Source: Escherichia phage vB_EcoS-Ro145clw. Taken from it: DNA of 42,031 nucleotides. Below the pieces are notes generated by a model. It was not told the DNA's origin. It ran no database searches and worked only from the letters and a program-made list of their open reading frames with translations. The DNA lies in sequence record MG852086.2. The stretch is one strand, 5' to 3'. This document shows, piece by piece, positions 34,187 through 42,031 of the stretch. The translations under genes were made by a program, and so were the position numbers. How positions within the stretch are numbered: position 1 is the first letter of the stretch; each line of letters opens with the position of its first letter.

Positions 34187-34457
34187 AATCACAATCGCAT
34201 CACTCGAGCGCCGTATTATGGTGCTTGAGTCAGAGAAACAGACGTTAGGCGGGCAACTGTCAATTAACGGTGAGTTTCAACTGGAGGCGTTTAAGCAGTT
34301 ACTCACATTAACGGCGGACATAGAAAATATTGTCGCCCTTCTAGAGTCAGGGGAATGGGGCGAGCATTGCGCAGAATCGGAGTTAGGCCAACGGCTTGAG
34401 TCGGAGATTACTAACATGCTTAGTGGTCTTGGGTGGTCGCCAGATGAAAGCACCTGA
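34179..34457 (+). CDS. hypothetical protein (92 aa)
   Basis: ATG 34179 overlapping upstream gene end; helical prediction by eye. Confidence 0.4.
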   Translation: MPKITIASLERRIMVLESEKQTLGGQLSINGEFQLEAFKQLLTLTADIENIVALLESGEWGEHCAESELGQRLESEITNMLSGLGWSPDEST

Positions 34458-34626
34458 GCCAGTAGTTATCGATGGCGTCCTGTGGAAACCTTACTCGGTT
34501 AACCACATCGACGCCGACGGGAAGAAGTTTAGCTTCTACATTTTTGCAATTAGCCGTGAGCACGCCGCTTGTGTGGTTGACGATATACGAGAAACGGCGT
34601 GGCTTGGTGATGAGATAGTGGGGTGA
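34444..34626 (+). CDS. hypothetical protein (60 aa)
   Basis: ATG 34444 in frame with ORF-track ORF 34396..34626. Confidence 0.4.
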   Translation: MKAPEPVVIDGVLWKPYSVNHIDADGKKFSFYIFAISREHAACVVDDIRETAWLGDEIVG

Positions 34627-34630
34627 GAGT

Positions 34631-34714
34631 ATGAGTCTTGGAGTGGTTATTGGTCTGGTCGGTCTTAGTTACTTCATTGGGTTATTGGTTGGATTTCTGT
34701 GGGGTAGATACTAA
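34631..34714 (+). CDS. tiny hydrophobic peptide (27 aa)
   Basis: SD GGGGTGAGAG upstream; stop overlaps next start (TAATG); single hydrophobic helix. Confidence 0.25.
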   Translation: MSLGVVIGLVGLSYFIGLLVGFLWGRY

Positions 34715-34995
34715 TGGCACGTACCGTTGCCGCGAGATTCACTGATATTGAATCTGCGATAGAAGAAGCTGTTTATAATAAATTCTGCAACCCCTCTGCT
34801 ACGCACAACTACGGAGTTATTGTTAAATACGGCAAGTTTGAAATTAGGAGAGTTCGCACCGGTCGCCCGCACGAGTTTTTATGGACAACAGAAAGCCTAG
34901 TCCCGCGGTGCCACATTTACACAAGCGGCGCACATACGATTTTTGTAGACCTTAACAAGAAAGATATTACCGTCACTAAAGGAGAGACAAATTGA
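34714..34995 (+). CDS. hypothetical protein (93 aa)
   Basis: ORF with coupled start; no motif. Confidence 0.4.
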   Translation: MARTVAARFTDIESAIEEAVYNKFCNPSATHNYGVIVKYGKFEIRRVRTGRPHEFLWTTESLVPRCHIYTSGAHTIFVDLNKKDITVTKGETN

Positions 34996-35228
34996 TTACC
35001 AGCATTCCTAAACTGATTGAAGAGTACGGAAGTATGTCGGAGACCTGCCGACAAACCGGTATCTGCGAAATGACGATTGCCAAGTACAGCAAAGACGTGA
35101 ACTGCGAGCGCCACGTAATTTATAACAACCGTCTGATGACGCACGTTAAGACAAGCCCGGTGTTATTCACGCGCCGCGGTATCACTAAAACTGAGCAACG
35201 TATTGCTAAAGAGGAGAGTGGGGGATGA
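34992..35228 (+). CDS. hypothetical protein, possible HTH (78 aa)
   Basis: TTG start with SD AAGGAGAGACA; SMSETCRQTGICEMTIAKYS is HTH-like. Confidence 0.4.
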   Translation: MITSIPKLIEEYGSMSETCRQTGICEMTIAKYSKDVNCERHVIYNNRLMTHVKTSPVLFTRRGITKTEQRIAKEESGG

Positions 35229-35407
35229 TTGATATTTTGAGGGCTACAAATGCTGCCGGTGACCTGGTGTTTTGGTTGGCCTTTCTCGGTGTGCTGATAA
35301 AACAACCGACTTTGTTTAACGTTATTCCTCGCTATCTGTGGTGGCCTATGTTTTTAGGCATGGGAGTATCAGGAGTGGCTGGTATCCTTTTGTGGTTTTT
35401 CAAATGA
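35225..35407 (+). CDS. small membrane protein (60 aa, two hydrophobic segments)
   Basis: ATGA-type coupling; hydrophobic. Confidence 0.4.
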   Translation: MIDILRATNAAGDLVFWLAFLGVLIKQPTLFNVIPRYLWWPMFLGMGVSGVAGILLWFFK

Positions 35408-35510
35408 GGCTACTAATCATCCCGAACGCCTGGGCTATCGCTGTAGCTAACGACCATTACGGCGGCGACGGTAAAAGAGCACCACGACACGGCCTATATA
35501 ACTGATACAA

Positions 35511-35530
35511 GCCCTCTACGGAGGGCTTTT
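35511..35530 (+). terminator. intrinsic terminator closing the early plus-strand block
   Basis: GCCCTC TACG GAGGGC followed by TTTT. Confidence 0.6.
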
Positions 35531-35531
35531 C

Positions 35532-35561
35532 TGTACATCCCGCCTAATCCCCTTATATAAT
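35532..35561 (+). promoter_or_regulatory. possible promoter TGTACA-N18-TATAAT upstream of TerS
   Basis: Perfect -10 TATAAT at 35556..35561; weak -35. Confidence 0.3.
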
Positions 35562-35626
35562 CCCTTTAGACGCGTAGGGCGCGTCTGGTGCGCTCTGATG
35601 GTCAGACGCATATGCAAGGGGATTAT

Positions 35627-36172
35627 ATGAAGCTGAAACTCAAGCAGCCATCGCCAGAGGTGGTGCAAGCTGCGCATGAAGAAGCTGTTAGCGCGAACCG
35701 TCGCCGTAAACGGCCGCGCGGTAAACAGAGCCTTTATCAATCGTCCCGTAATTCCGCTGCGTTGTGGGACCCGGACTATTGTGACGAATTGATTCGTTTC
35801 TTCGACCGCACGTCATGGGAACTTGTGCCTACGTCCAAAGGTGACGAACGCCCGCTGATTCAGGATAAGCCACCGTCACTGGCCCGCTTTGCCTTACACA
35901 TCGGCGTCACTATCCCGATTATTAAGCTGTGGCTGCGTGAGATTCCCGCATTTGCAGAAGCCTATGAAACTGCACAGGCGCTGGAAGAGGCGTACTTCAC
36001 TGAGACAGGCGCGGCGGGCATCTCCGCTACGTTTGCCGCTGCGAAGCTGGGCCTTAGCAAAGAGAAACCGGTTGAATCCACCGAAAAAACGGCGCCGACT
36101 GAGATTATTTTCAGTGTTGCAGAGCCTGTAGGTAAAATCGTAACAACGAATATGGGCGAGGTAGAGGAATGA
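35627..36172 (+). CDS. terminase small subunit (putative)
   Basis: 181 aa from ATG 35627 with SD AAGGGG; basic N-terminus; immediately upstream of and overlapping TerL start. Confidence 0.55.
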   Translation: MKLKLKQPSPEVVQAAHEEAVSANRRRKRPRGKQSLYQSSRNSAALWDPDYCDELIRFFDRTSWELVPTSKGDERPLIQDKPPSLARFALHIGVTIPIIKLWLREIPAFAEAYETAQALEEAYFTETGAAGISATFAAAKLGLSKEKPVESTEKTAPTEIIFSVAEPVGKIVTTNMGEVEE

Positions 36173-37419
36173 GTATTCAGCTATCCGCCCCTCAGGCGCT
36201 GTTTCTTAATTGCGATAACAAATACAAAGCCTACGTCGGCGGCTTCGGCAGCGGCAAAACATTTGTTGGCTGCCTAGACCTGCTTACGTTTATGCTTAAG
36301 CATCCCGGTACACGCCTTGGCTACTTTGGACCAACATATCCGGCTATCCGAGACATCTTCTATCCGACATTCGAGGAAGCGGCTAACCTGCTAGGCCTCG
36401 ATGTGCTTGTTAAATCTGGGGACAAAGAGGTAGTGGTTACCCGTGGTAAGACAGTGCTCGGGACAGTTATCTGCCGGTCGATGGATAACCCAGGCTCGAT
36501 AGTCGGCTTCAAAATCGCGGCTGCGGTCGTGGATGAGCTCGATGTATTGAGTCGCGAGAAAGCTGAGCTGGCGTGGAACAAAATCGTAGCCCGTATGCGT
36601 CTGGTCATCCCGGGCGTAATCAACCACATCTCCGTAACCACGACACCGGAAGGATTCAAGTTCGTCTACGCCAAGTTCAAAGAGAACCCGACGCCGAGCT
36701 ACTCTATGGTGCAGGCATCAACTCATGAGAACGCCAGATTCCTGCCGCCGGATTATATTAGCTCGCTGACAGAGACTTACCCGGCGCAGTTGATTAACGC
36801 ATATCTTAACGGTGAGTTCGTCAACCTGACATCCGGCAGCGTGTATTACGCATACGACCGCCGTAAGCATCGCAGCAAAGAGACAATTCAGCCTGGCGAC
36901 ACGCTGTACATCGGGCAGGACTTCAACGTTACGAAGAATGCCAGCGCCGTGTATGTGCAACGTAAAGACGGCTGGCACGCGGTAGCGGAACTGAAAGGAC
37001 TGTTCGATACGCCGGACACCGTGCGCGTAATTACTGAGAAGTGGAAGTCACAAGGCCACCGCATCGTCGTTTACCCTGACGCCAGCGGCAAGAACCGCAA
37101 GACCAACTCGGCGTCAATCTCTGATATTGCATTACTCCAGCAGGCCGGGTTCGATGTGCGGGCTAAATCAGCCAACCCGCCGGTTAAGGACCGTGTTTTA
37201 GCCGTGAATACCGCGCTGGAAAAAGGTAAGCTGTGGGTTAACGACCACTTATGCCCCGAGATAGCCAAGACGCTGGAGCAACAGGCATATGACGATAACG
37301 GAGAGCCAGCTAAAGACGGCATCATTGACCATATGGCAGATGCGCTCGGCTATCCTGTAGTTTACGAGATGCCAGTGGTTAAACCAGTAATCAACATCCC
37401 GGTGACTTTCGCACTTTAA
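36169..37419 (+). CDS. terminase large subunit
   Basis: 416 aa; Walker A GGFGSGKT, Walker B AAAVVDELD; C-terminal nuclease-like region; ATGA overlap with TerS. Confidence 0.85.
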   Translation: MSIQLSAPQALFLNCDNKYKAYVGGFGSGKTFVGCLDLLTFMLKHPGTRLGYFGPTYPAIRDIFYPTFEEAANLLGLDVLVKSGDKEVVVTRGKTVLGTVICRSMDNPGSIVGFKIAAAVVDELDVLSREKAELAWNKIVARMRLVIPGVINHISVTTTPEGFKFVYAKFKENPTPSYSMVQASTHENARFLPPDYISSLTETYPAQLINAYLNGEFVNLTSGSVYYAYDRRKHRSKETIQPGDTLYIGQDFNVTKNASAVYVQRKDGWHAVAELKGLFDTPDTVRVITEKWKSQGHRIVVYPDASGKNRKTNSASISDIALLQQAGFDVRAKSANPPVKDRVLAVNTALEKGKLWVNDHLCPEIAKTLEQQAYDDNGEPAKDGIIDHMADALGYPVVYEMPVVKPVINIPVTFAL

Positions 37420-37431
37420 GAGGATTATTCA

Positions 37432-38907
37432 ATGTTAACTATGAACGGTCAGAATCAGGGTGTTAAGACGAAACACCAGGAATGGCTGCATCACTTCGAT
37501 AAATGGCAGAAGGTACGTCACGCACTGGAAGGCGACCTTATTCGCTATCTGCGCAACGTCGGGAAGAACGAGCCTGACCCGACCTACGCGGCACAGCGCC
37601 AGGAAGAATATGAGAACGGCGCTATCTGCTACAACTTCACTAAACGTACCCTGGCGGGGATGGTCGGCAGTGTCATGCGCAAAGACCCTGAGCAGATTAT
37701 CCCCCCTGAACTTGAGTACCTGTTACGCAATGCTGATGGTTCCGGTGTCGGGCTGTGGCAGCACGCACAGGATACTTTGATGGAGATTGACTCGGTGGGC
37801 CGTGGCGGGCTGCTGGTGGACGCCCCTGAGACAGCTGCGGCAACGGCAGCAGAACAGAACGCAGGATTATTAAACCCGGTCATTGCATTCTACACCACGG
37901 AGAACATCATCAACTGGCGACTGACACGCGTCGGTTCAGTCAACCGTGTGACTATGGTCGTGCTGCGTGAGGTATGGGAATACTCAGAACCGGGGGCAGA
38001 GTTTGAAACCAAGTTCGGTGAACAGTTCCGCGTCCTCGACCTGATTGATGGTCGTTACCGCCAACGCATCTATCGCTTCGATGTCGAAGGCGGCGCTCAG
38101 GACGAAGTAATCGAAATATTCCCGGAACTCGGCGAACAGTTACGTGGCAAAATCCCGTTCACGTTTATTGGCGCAAGCAACAACGACGCCACTATCGACG
38201 ATGCGCCTTTGCTGCCGTTGGCCGAGCTAAACATAGGACACTTCAGAAATTCGGCTGATGTGGAAGAGGCCAGCTTTATAGTAGGCCAGCCCACTCTGTT
38301 CATCGCCCCCGGCGATAATATGAGCATGGAGCAATGGAAAGAAGCCAACCCCCACGGCATCCGCATGGGGTCGCGTTCTGGTCACAACATTGGCTACGGC
38401 GGCACTGCGTTTCTGGTTCAGGCGGCGGAAACTAACCTCGCCAAACAGAACATGCTGGATAAAGAGAATCAGGCCATCCAGATTGGCGCACAGCTTATTA
38501 CCCCGACGCAACAAATCACCGCTGAATCGGCCCGCCTGCAACGAGGTGCGGATACGTCCGTTATGGCGACAATCGCACGCAACGTAAGCATGGCGTACAC
38601 CGATGCGCTACGCTGGGTAGCTGCGATGCTTGGGCTTCGTGAGGATACTGAGATTGAGTTCAAGCTGAATATGGAGTTCTTCCTGCAACCGATGACCGCC
38701 CAGGACCGTGCTCAGTGGATGGCCGACATCAACGCCGGTCTGTTACCAGCTACCGCTTACTACGCGGCATTGCGCAAGGCGGGTGTAACTGACTGGACAG
38801 ATGAGGATATTCAGAACGCTATTGAAGACGCGCCGCTGCCGGTTTTTACACAGACTACCGGGGAAATTCCGGCTACAGCACAGCAGGATGAAGAGGCGCA
38901 GCAATGA
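37432..38907 (+). CDS. portal protein (putative)
   Basis: 491 aa directly after TerL and before MuF-like gene; acidic C-terminus; positional plus size. Confidence 0.65.
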   Translation: MLTMNGQNQGVKTKHQEWLHHFDKWQKVRHALEGDLIRYLRNVGKNEPDPTYAAQRQEEYENGAICYNFTKRTLAGMVGSVMRKDPEQIIPPELEYLLRNADGSGVGLWQHAQDTLMEIDSVGRGGLLVDAPETAAATAAEQNAGLLNPVIAFYTTENIINWRLTRVGSVNRVTMVVLREVWEYSEPGAEFETKFGEQFRVLDLIDGRYRQRIYRFDVEGGAQDEVIEIFPELGEQLRGKIPFTFIGASNNDATIDDAPLLPLAELNIGHFRNSADVEEASFIVGQPTLFIAPGDNMSMEQWKEANPHGIRMGSRSGHNIGYGGTAFLVQAAETNLAKQNMLDKENQAIQIGAQLITPTQQITAESARLQRGADTSVMATIARNVSMAYTDALRWVAAMLGLREDTEIEFKLNMEFFLQPMTAQDRAQWMADINAGLLPATAYYAALRKAGVTDWTDEDIQNAIEDAPLPVFTQTTGEIPATAQQDEEAQQ

Positions 38908-39959
38908 GCAAGCTATCGCAGATGATTATCAGCCATCAAATATGGCTACAGAGACTAGGAACGCAAACAGCGTCGCTGTCCGTCCCCTTCGTCAATAAGA
39001 TGCGTGCGGAGGTGCGCGACGCGGTGCTTAAGTTCGGTGACGACGCGCGCACAGTGAAGAAGCTGAATAAAATGCTGACAAGCCTGGATGGCGTGCTGGA
39101 TGACGTCACCGGCGATTGGAAGAGCACGATAGAGAAGAGCCTTCGCGAGATTGCCGACTACGAGAATAAGTGGTTTATCCATACGCTGGAGGCCAACACG
39201 AAGCCGAAAACGTTTATTACCGGACCTACGGCAGAAGAACTGTGGTCGCGTATCAAGTTCGCACCACTGGCGATGGGTAACTCACCTGTCGGCGTTATGG
39301 ACCTGATGTCAGGCTGGGCGCAGACCGAGCGTAACCGCCTTGTGCGCGGCGTACAGACCGGCTTTGTGCAGGGGCAGACAACCCACCAAATTGTCTCTGC
39401 CGTTGTGGGCCCCGGTGGCCTGGCCGATATATCTGAGCGCAACGTAATGACGGTAGTCCGAACAGCAGTGAGTCACGTATCGAACACGGCGCGAGACTCT
39501 GTGTACGACAGCAACAGCGATATTGTGAGCAAATATCAGTGGGTATCTACGCTCGACAGCCGTACTTCGACTGTATGTAAGTCGCGCGACGGCCAGAAAT
39601 ATGACATAGGTAGAGGGCCGATGCCCCCCGCCCATCCGAACTGCCGCAGTACCACTATCCCGGTAATCGAAGATGACTTCCTGGACTTTCTCGACGAGGG
39701 GGCTAAGCGGGCGGCTAAGGGTGCGGACGGCGGTACTCAGGTAAGCGCAGACACCACCTATTACGAGTTCCTGAAGCAACAACCGGCATGGTTTCAGGAC
39801 CAGGCGCTCGGCCCTGTTCGCGGTAAGATTTTCCGCGGCAGCGGTATATCGCCGGAAGAGTTTCGCGTAATATCTGTAGATGGTTTCGGGAATCCGCTCA
39901 CGCTTAAGCAGATGGCGGAACTCGATAAACGTGTTGCTGATTATCTGAAAGGGGAATAA
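38904..39959 (+). CDS. head morphogenesis protein (Mu F / SPP1 gp7-like)
   Basis: 351 aa; QWVSTLDSRTSTVCKSRDGQKY resembles the conserved Mu-F core; ATGA overlap with portal. Confidence 0.6.
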   Translation: MSKLSQMIISHQIWLQRLGTQTASLSVPFVNKMRAEVRDAVLKFGDDARTVKKLNKMLTSLDGVLDDVTGDWKSTIEKSLREIADYENKWFIHTLEANTKPKTFITGPTAEELWSRIKFAPLAMGNSPVGVMDLMSGWAQTERNRLVRGVQTGFVQGQTTHQIVSAVVGPGGLADISERNVMTVVRTAVSHVSNTARDSVYDSNSDIVSKYQWVSTLDSRTSTVCKSRDGQKYDIGRGPMPPAHPNCRSTTIPVIEDDFLDFLDEGAKRAAKGADGGTQVSADTTYYEFLKQQPAWFQDQALGPVRGKIFRGSGISPEEFRVISVDGFGNPLTLKQMAELDKRVADYLKGE

Positions 39960-40420
39960 TGATGGGCTTTTTCAAAATTACTGATGTACCGTCGCGCCGC
40001 GTAGTCCAGTTTGCCCGTGTGTCTGGCTCTGGCGAGAACGTGGTGTTTATTGATGATGAAAGTGAACTGGGTACTCCTGTAGACGATATGCCGTTTGCCG
40101 ACAAGACCGGTATTGCGCTACCAGCGGCGGGTATGCTTTACGAGATTCCGTATCTGGCTGATGCAGGTGATGTTTATTTCTCGGTACAACCTAAAGATGC
40201 AGAACTGACAGACGGCAGCGCGACTATCACTGTCGAAGTTAAGGCGGGTAAAGCCCCCTATGCGCTGGCATGGTACAAAGACGGCAAGGAAGTGGTAAAT
40301 GCCCCGGAAGAGGCTTTGTCACTGACGGTTAACGCCGCGGGTGAATACTTCGTTAAAGTTACTGATGCCAATGGAGTGGAGGCGGTTAGCAAAGCGGCGA
40401 AGGTTACTAAGCCAGAATGA
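39959..40420 (+). CDS. Ig-like domain protein (structural accessory, putative)
   Basis: 153 aa; C-terminal YALAWYKDGKEV...AGEYFVKVTDANG Ig-like pattern similar to 1720..2070. Confidence 0.5.
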   Translation: MMGFFKITDVPSRRVVQFARVSGSGENVVFIDDESELGTPVDDMPFADKTGIALPAAGMLYEIPYLADAGDVYFSVQPKDAELTDGSATITVEVKAGKAPYALAWYKDGKEVVNAPEEALSLTVNAAGEYFVKVTDANGVEAVSKAAKVTKPE

Positions 40421-40423
40421 TAA

Positions 40424-40450
40424 AAGGCCCCATTATGGGGCCTTAGTTTT
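40424..40450. terminator. bidirectional terminator between convergent genes
   Basis: AAGGCCCC ATTAT GGGGCCTT with T-run on the plus side and A-rich on the other; variant of the recurring hairpin. Confidence 0.55.
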
Positions 40451-40673
40451 AAACTTCCACGTCTATCACCAAATCATCAGGCATGGTTATGACTATTTTA
40501 TCGTTTTCATAGAACGGGCTAAGAGGCTCATTTTCAGGCTGCAAACGTAAAGTTAGCTTTTTATCACCAAAATAATCTATGTAACGAACCCAGTACCACT
40601 CGTCGAATACCTGTACCTTTTCTCCGGGGCGTACATCTCTAGCCTTCTTTTGATTCGTAAATCTAATCGGCAT
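40449..40673 (-). CDS. hypothetical protein (74 aa), minus-strand single-gene island
   Basis: SD AGGAGG upstream; own promoter (site B) and terminator. Confidence 0.45.
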   Translation of the reverse strand: MPIRFTNQKKARDVRPGEKVQVFDEWYWVRYIDYFGDKKLTLRLQPENEPLSPFYENDKIVITMPDDLVIDVEV

Positions 40674-40698
40674 AAATACCTCCTGTTTAAGTTAACTG

Positions 40699-40727
40699 AA
40701 TAGTACCCTACTATATTGGGGTGTGCA
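40699..40727 (-). promoter_or_regulatory. sigma70-like promoter TTGCAC-N17-TACTAT with AGTAG-GGTA-CTATT (site B)
   Basis: Minus strand reads TTGCACACCCCAATATAGTAGGGTACTATTCAG; near-identical to site A. Confidence 0.5.
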
Positions 40728-40794
40728 AACTATTTGTTTATGTATTCCAGTTATTCCGCTCAATTGTAAATGTTGGAATAAACTATTCGAATAG

Positions 40795-40823
40795 TTGACT
40801 TTTCACTGAAAATGTGCTAAGCT
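40795..40823 (+). promoter_or_regulatory. sigma70-like promoter TTGACT-N17-TAAGCT with TG extended -10, preceded by palindrome CTATTCGAATAG
   Basis: TTGACTTTTCACTGAAAATGTGCTAAGCT; perfect 12 bp palindrome at 40783..40794. Confidence 0.45.
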
Positions 40824-40829
40824 CCACCT

Positions 40830-41026
40830 GAGCTTGTGAAGTATGAACAAGCGACCGCGGCGCGGGCAGGTAACGGAGCGGGACGTAAGTCCTGAGTGTA
40901 GTTACGCTGACGCGTTCGGAAGGGCCATACTCTATTGCTTGTGTAAAAAGTAACGGGTTTACTGAGATTACGCCGTTTCTATGTTTAAATGATAAGGCCT
41001 AGCGCCCCGCTTTATGGCGGGGCTTT
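40830..41026 (+). ncRNA. candidate small non-coding transcript (about 200 nt) between promoter and terminator
   Basis: No ORF with SD longer than about 36 codons; bounded by promoter 40795..40823 and hairpin GCCCCGC TTTATG GCGGGGC TTT at 41004..41026. Confidence 0.3.
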
Positions 41027-41047
41027 ACTTATCGAGAAAGGGGAAAC

Positions 41048-41434
41048 ATGAATCTTAAAGCAACTGTCATGGCAGGAGCATGTTTCATCATCCTGGTTTA
41101 CGCACACGGCATCTACCAGTATCGCAGCGGCTGGAACGAGGGCCGGGCGAATCTCATTTCGCAGCAACAGCAGAAAGCACAAGCTGAGTTAGCGAAGAAA
41201 ACACAACGGCAGCAGCAGGATGAATCAAAGGCCGCGGCCGCTGACAACGAAGGCAAGACGAAATCAGAGGTGATTACCCGTGAAGTCGTTAAGTACATTA
41301 AAACGCCTGGTCGCAGCGTGTGCACTTTCGACCCTGAGCGCGTGCAGCTCAAGTCCCGCGCCGTCGCAAACGCCAATTCCATCCCCGGATACGACGATGA
41401 TGCAGCCGCCGTGCAAACTGGCACCGCCAAGTAG
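41048..41434 (+). CDS. i-spanin (Rz-like, putative)
   Basis: 128 aa; SD AAAGGGGA; N-terminal transmembrane segment then Gln/Lys-rich coiled-coil-like region; contains overlapping lipoprotein ORF. Confidence 0.5.
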   Translation: MNLKATVMAGACFIILVYAHGIYQYRSGWNEGRANLISQQQQKAQAELAKKTQRQQQDESKAAAADNEGKTKSEVITREVVKYIKTPGRSVCTFDPERVQLKSRAVANANSIPGYDDDAAAVQTGTAK

Positions 41435-41543
41435 CGACGCTGACGAGGATTTGGCTGTCGACGTTCAGAACGCCGAATGCGCACGGCAATTGCGCCTGAA
41501 AGTGTTCATGTTGCAGGATTACGTGAGGAATATTCTGGAATAG
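41280..41543 (+). CDS. o-spanin (Rz1-like lipoprotein, putative), overlapping Rz in the +1 frame
   Basis: GTG start with SD GAGGTG; signal peptide ending in lipobox LSAC; Pro-rich mature region; extends past the Rz stop. Confidence 0.45.
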   Translation: MKSLSTLKRLVAACALSTLSACSSSPAPSQTPIPSPDTTMMQPPCKLAPPSSDADEDLAVDVQNAECARQLRLKVFMLQDYVRNILE

Positions 41544-41625
41544 TTGCCTTGCATGTTGGAATAATTTATTCTTGACATGTAAATCCGGGTGGCCCGGGTT
41601 CCAACGTCCAGGGGACATACTGACT

Positions 41626-42031
41626 ATGAATCGTTTTTTACGTTATCCGTTCCAGGAAGAAGCTGGGGCAGAAGATAAATCCGCCGGCGGTGACGCGCCG
41701 AAAATGTTCACCGCTGAAGAAGTTCAGGCGCTGATTGAGAAAGAAGTTGCCGGGCTTAAGGCCAATCAGGAAGCATTGCTGGCGGAGAAGAAAGAAGCTG
41801 CCCGTAAAGCAAGAGAGGCTGAAGAAGAACGGCAGCGCGCACACCAGGAGGCATTAAAAGCCGCCGGTAAGATGGACGAGTTCGAAAAGACGATTCGTAG
41901 CCAGTATGACCCGGTGTTAGCAGAGAAAGATGGTCGCATCACCAAAATGGCTGAGCGCATCCTCGGCAGCGAACGTAAAGCGGTGTTAGGCTCTTTCGCT
42001 GGTGACTTTATTACCCCGGAAGCAGTAGACA
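41626..42031 (+). CDS. scaffolding protein, N-terminal part (gene runs off the window end)
   Basis: ATG 41626 with SD GGGGA; Ala/Glu/Lys-rich helical sequence; no stop before window end; frame matches the ORF entering at 1..296. Confidence 0.5.
   Translation, partial: MNRFLRYPFQEEAGAEDKSAGGDAPKMFTAEEVQALIEKEVAGLKANQEALLAEKKEAARKAREAEEERQRAHQEALKAAGKMDEFEKTIRSQYDPVLAEKDGRITKMAERILGSERKAVLGSFAGDFITPEAVD

Noticed and set aside
33686-34192. 168 aa minus-strand ORF from the ORF track
   Set aside because: Low-complexity, Leu/Arg/Ser-rich translation with no SD; it lies antisense to a series of well-coupled plus-strand mini-genes with good SDs, so it is most likely a non-coding shadow frame.
40840-40950. 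Possible tRNA in the non-coding stretch upstream of the spanin genes
   Set aside because: No acceptor stem/T-loop (GTTCRANYC) arrangement or terminal CCA could be found by eye; treated only as part of a candidate ncRNA.
40770-41564. 12-mer ATGTTGGAATAA repeated at 40770..40781 and 41553..41564, each just upstream of a TTGAC hexamer
   Set aside because: A single 12-mer duplicate is expected by chance several times in 42 kb and the spacing to the -35 differs (13 vs 7 nt); noted but not claimed as a regulatory element.
1-42031. CRISPR arrays, rRNA genes, transposase/IS elements, integrase and att sites
   Set aside because: No regularly spaced direct repeats, no rRNA-like conserved segments, no DDE-transposase or recombinase-like ORFs were seen on either strand.

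Overview
The window reads as an essentially complete ~42 kb genome of a tailed dsDNA phage, siphovirus-like (tape-measure protein, lambda gpM/gpK-like tip proteins, beta-helix tailspike), with AGGAGG-type ribosome-binding sites typical of an enterobacteria-like host. It appears to be linearised inside the scaffolding gene: the ORF running off the 3' end (41626..42031) is in frame with the ORF entering at the 5' end (1..296). Layout: (1) a plus-strand late block 1..17620 (scaffold, capsid, connectors, major tail, chaperones with a -1 frame overlap, tape measure, tip proteins, tailspike), interrupted by a minus-strand island 5781..8448 (two paralogous HNH-AP2 endonucleases, an HTH-metallophosphoesterase fusion, an Imm-like small membrane protein); (2) a minus-strand replication block 17649..28953 (SNF2 helicase, VRR-NUC, family A DNA polymerase, SSB-like protein, Cas4-like PD-(D/E)XK exonuclease, primase-helicase-like ATPase, AlpA-like HTH) with a divergent XRE regulator; (3) a plus-strand early block 29448..35407 of many small translationally coupled genes containing the holin/endolysin cassette; (4) TerS, TerL, portal, MuF-like protein, a lone minus-strand gene, and a separately placed overlapping Rz/Rz1-like spanin pair. 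No integrase, tRNA, rRNA or CRISPR array was seen. The strongest non-coding signal is a set of seven promoter-like sites sharing an AATAG-N4-CTATT inverted repeat. All family assignments are from motifs read by eye; no database search or computation was possible, so every functional call is provisional.
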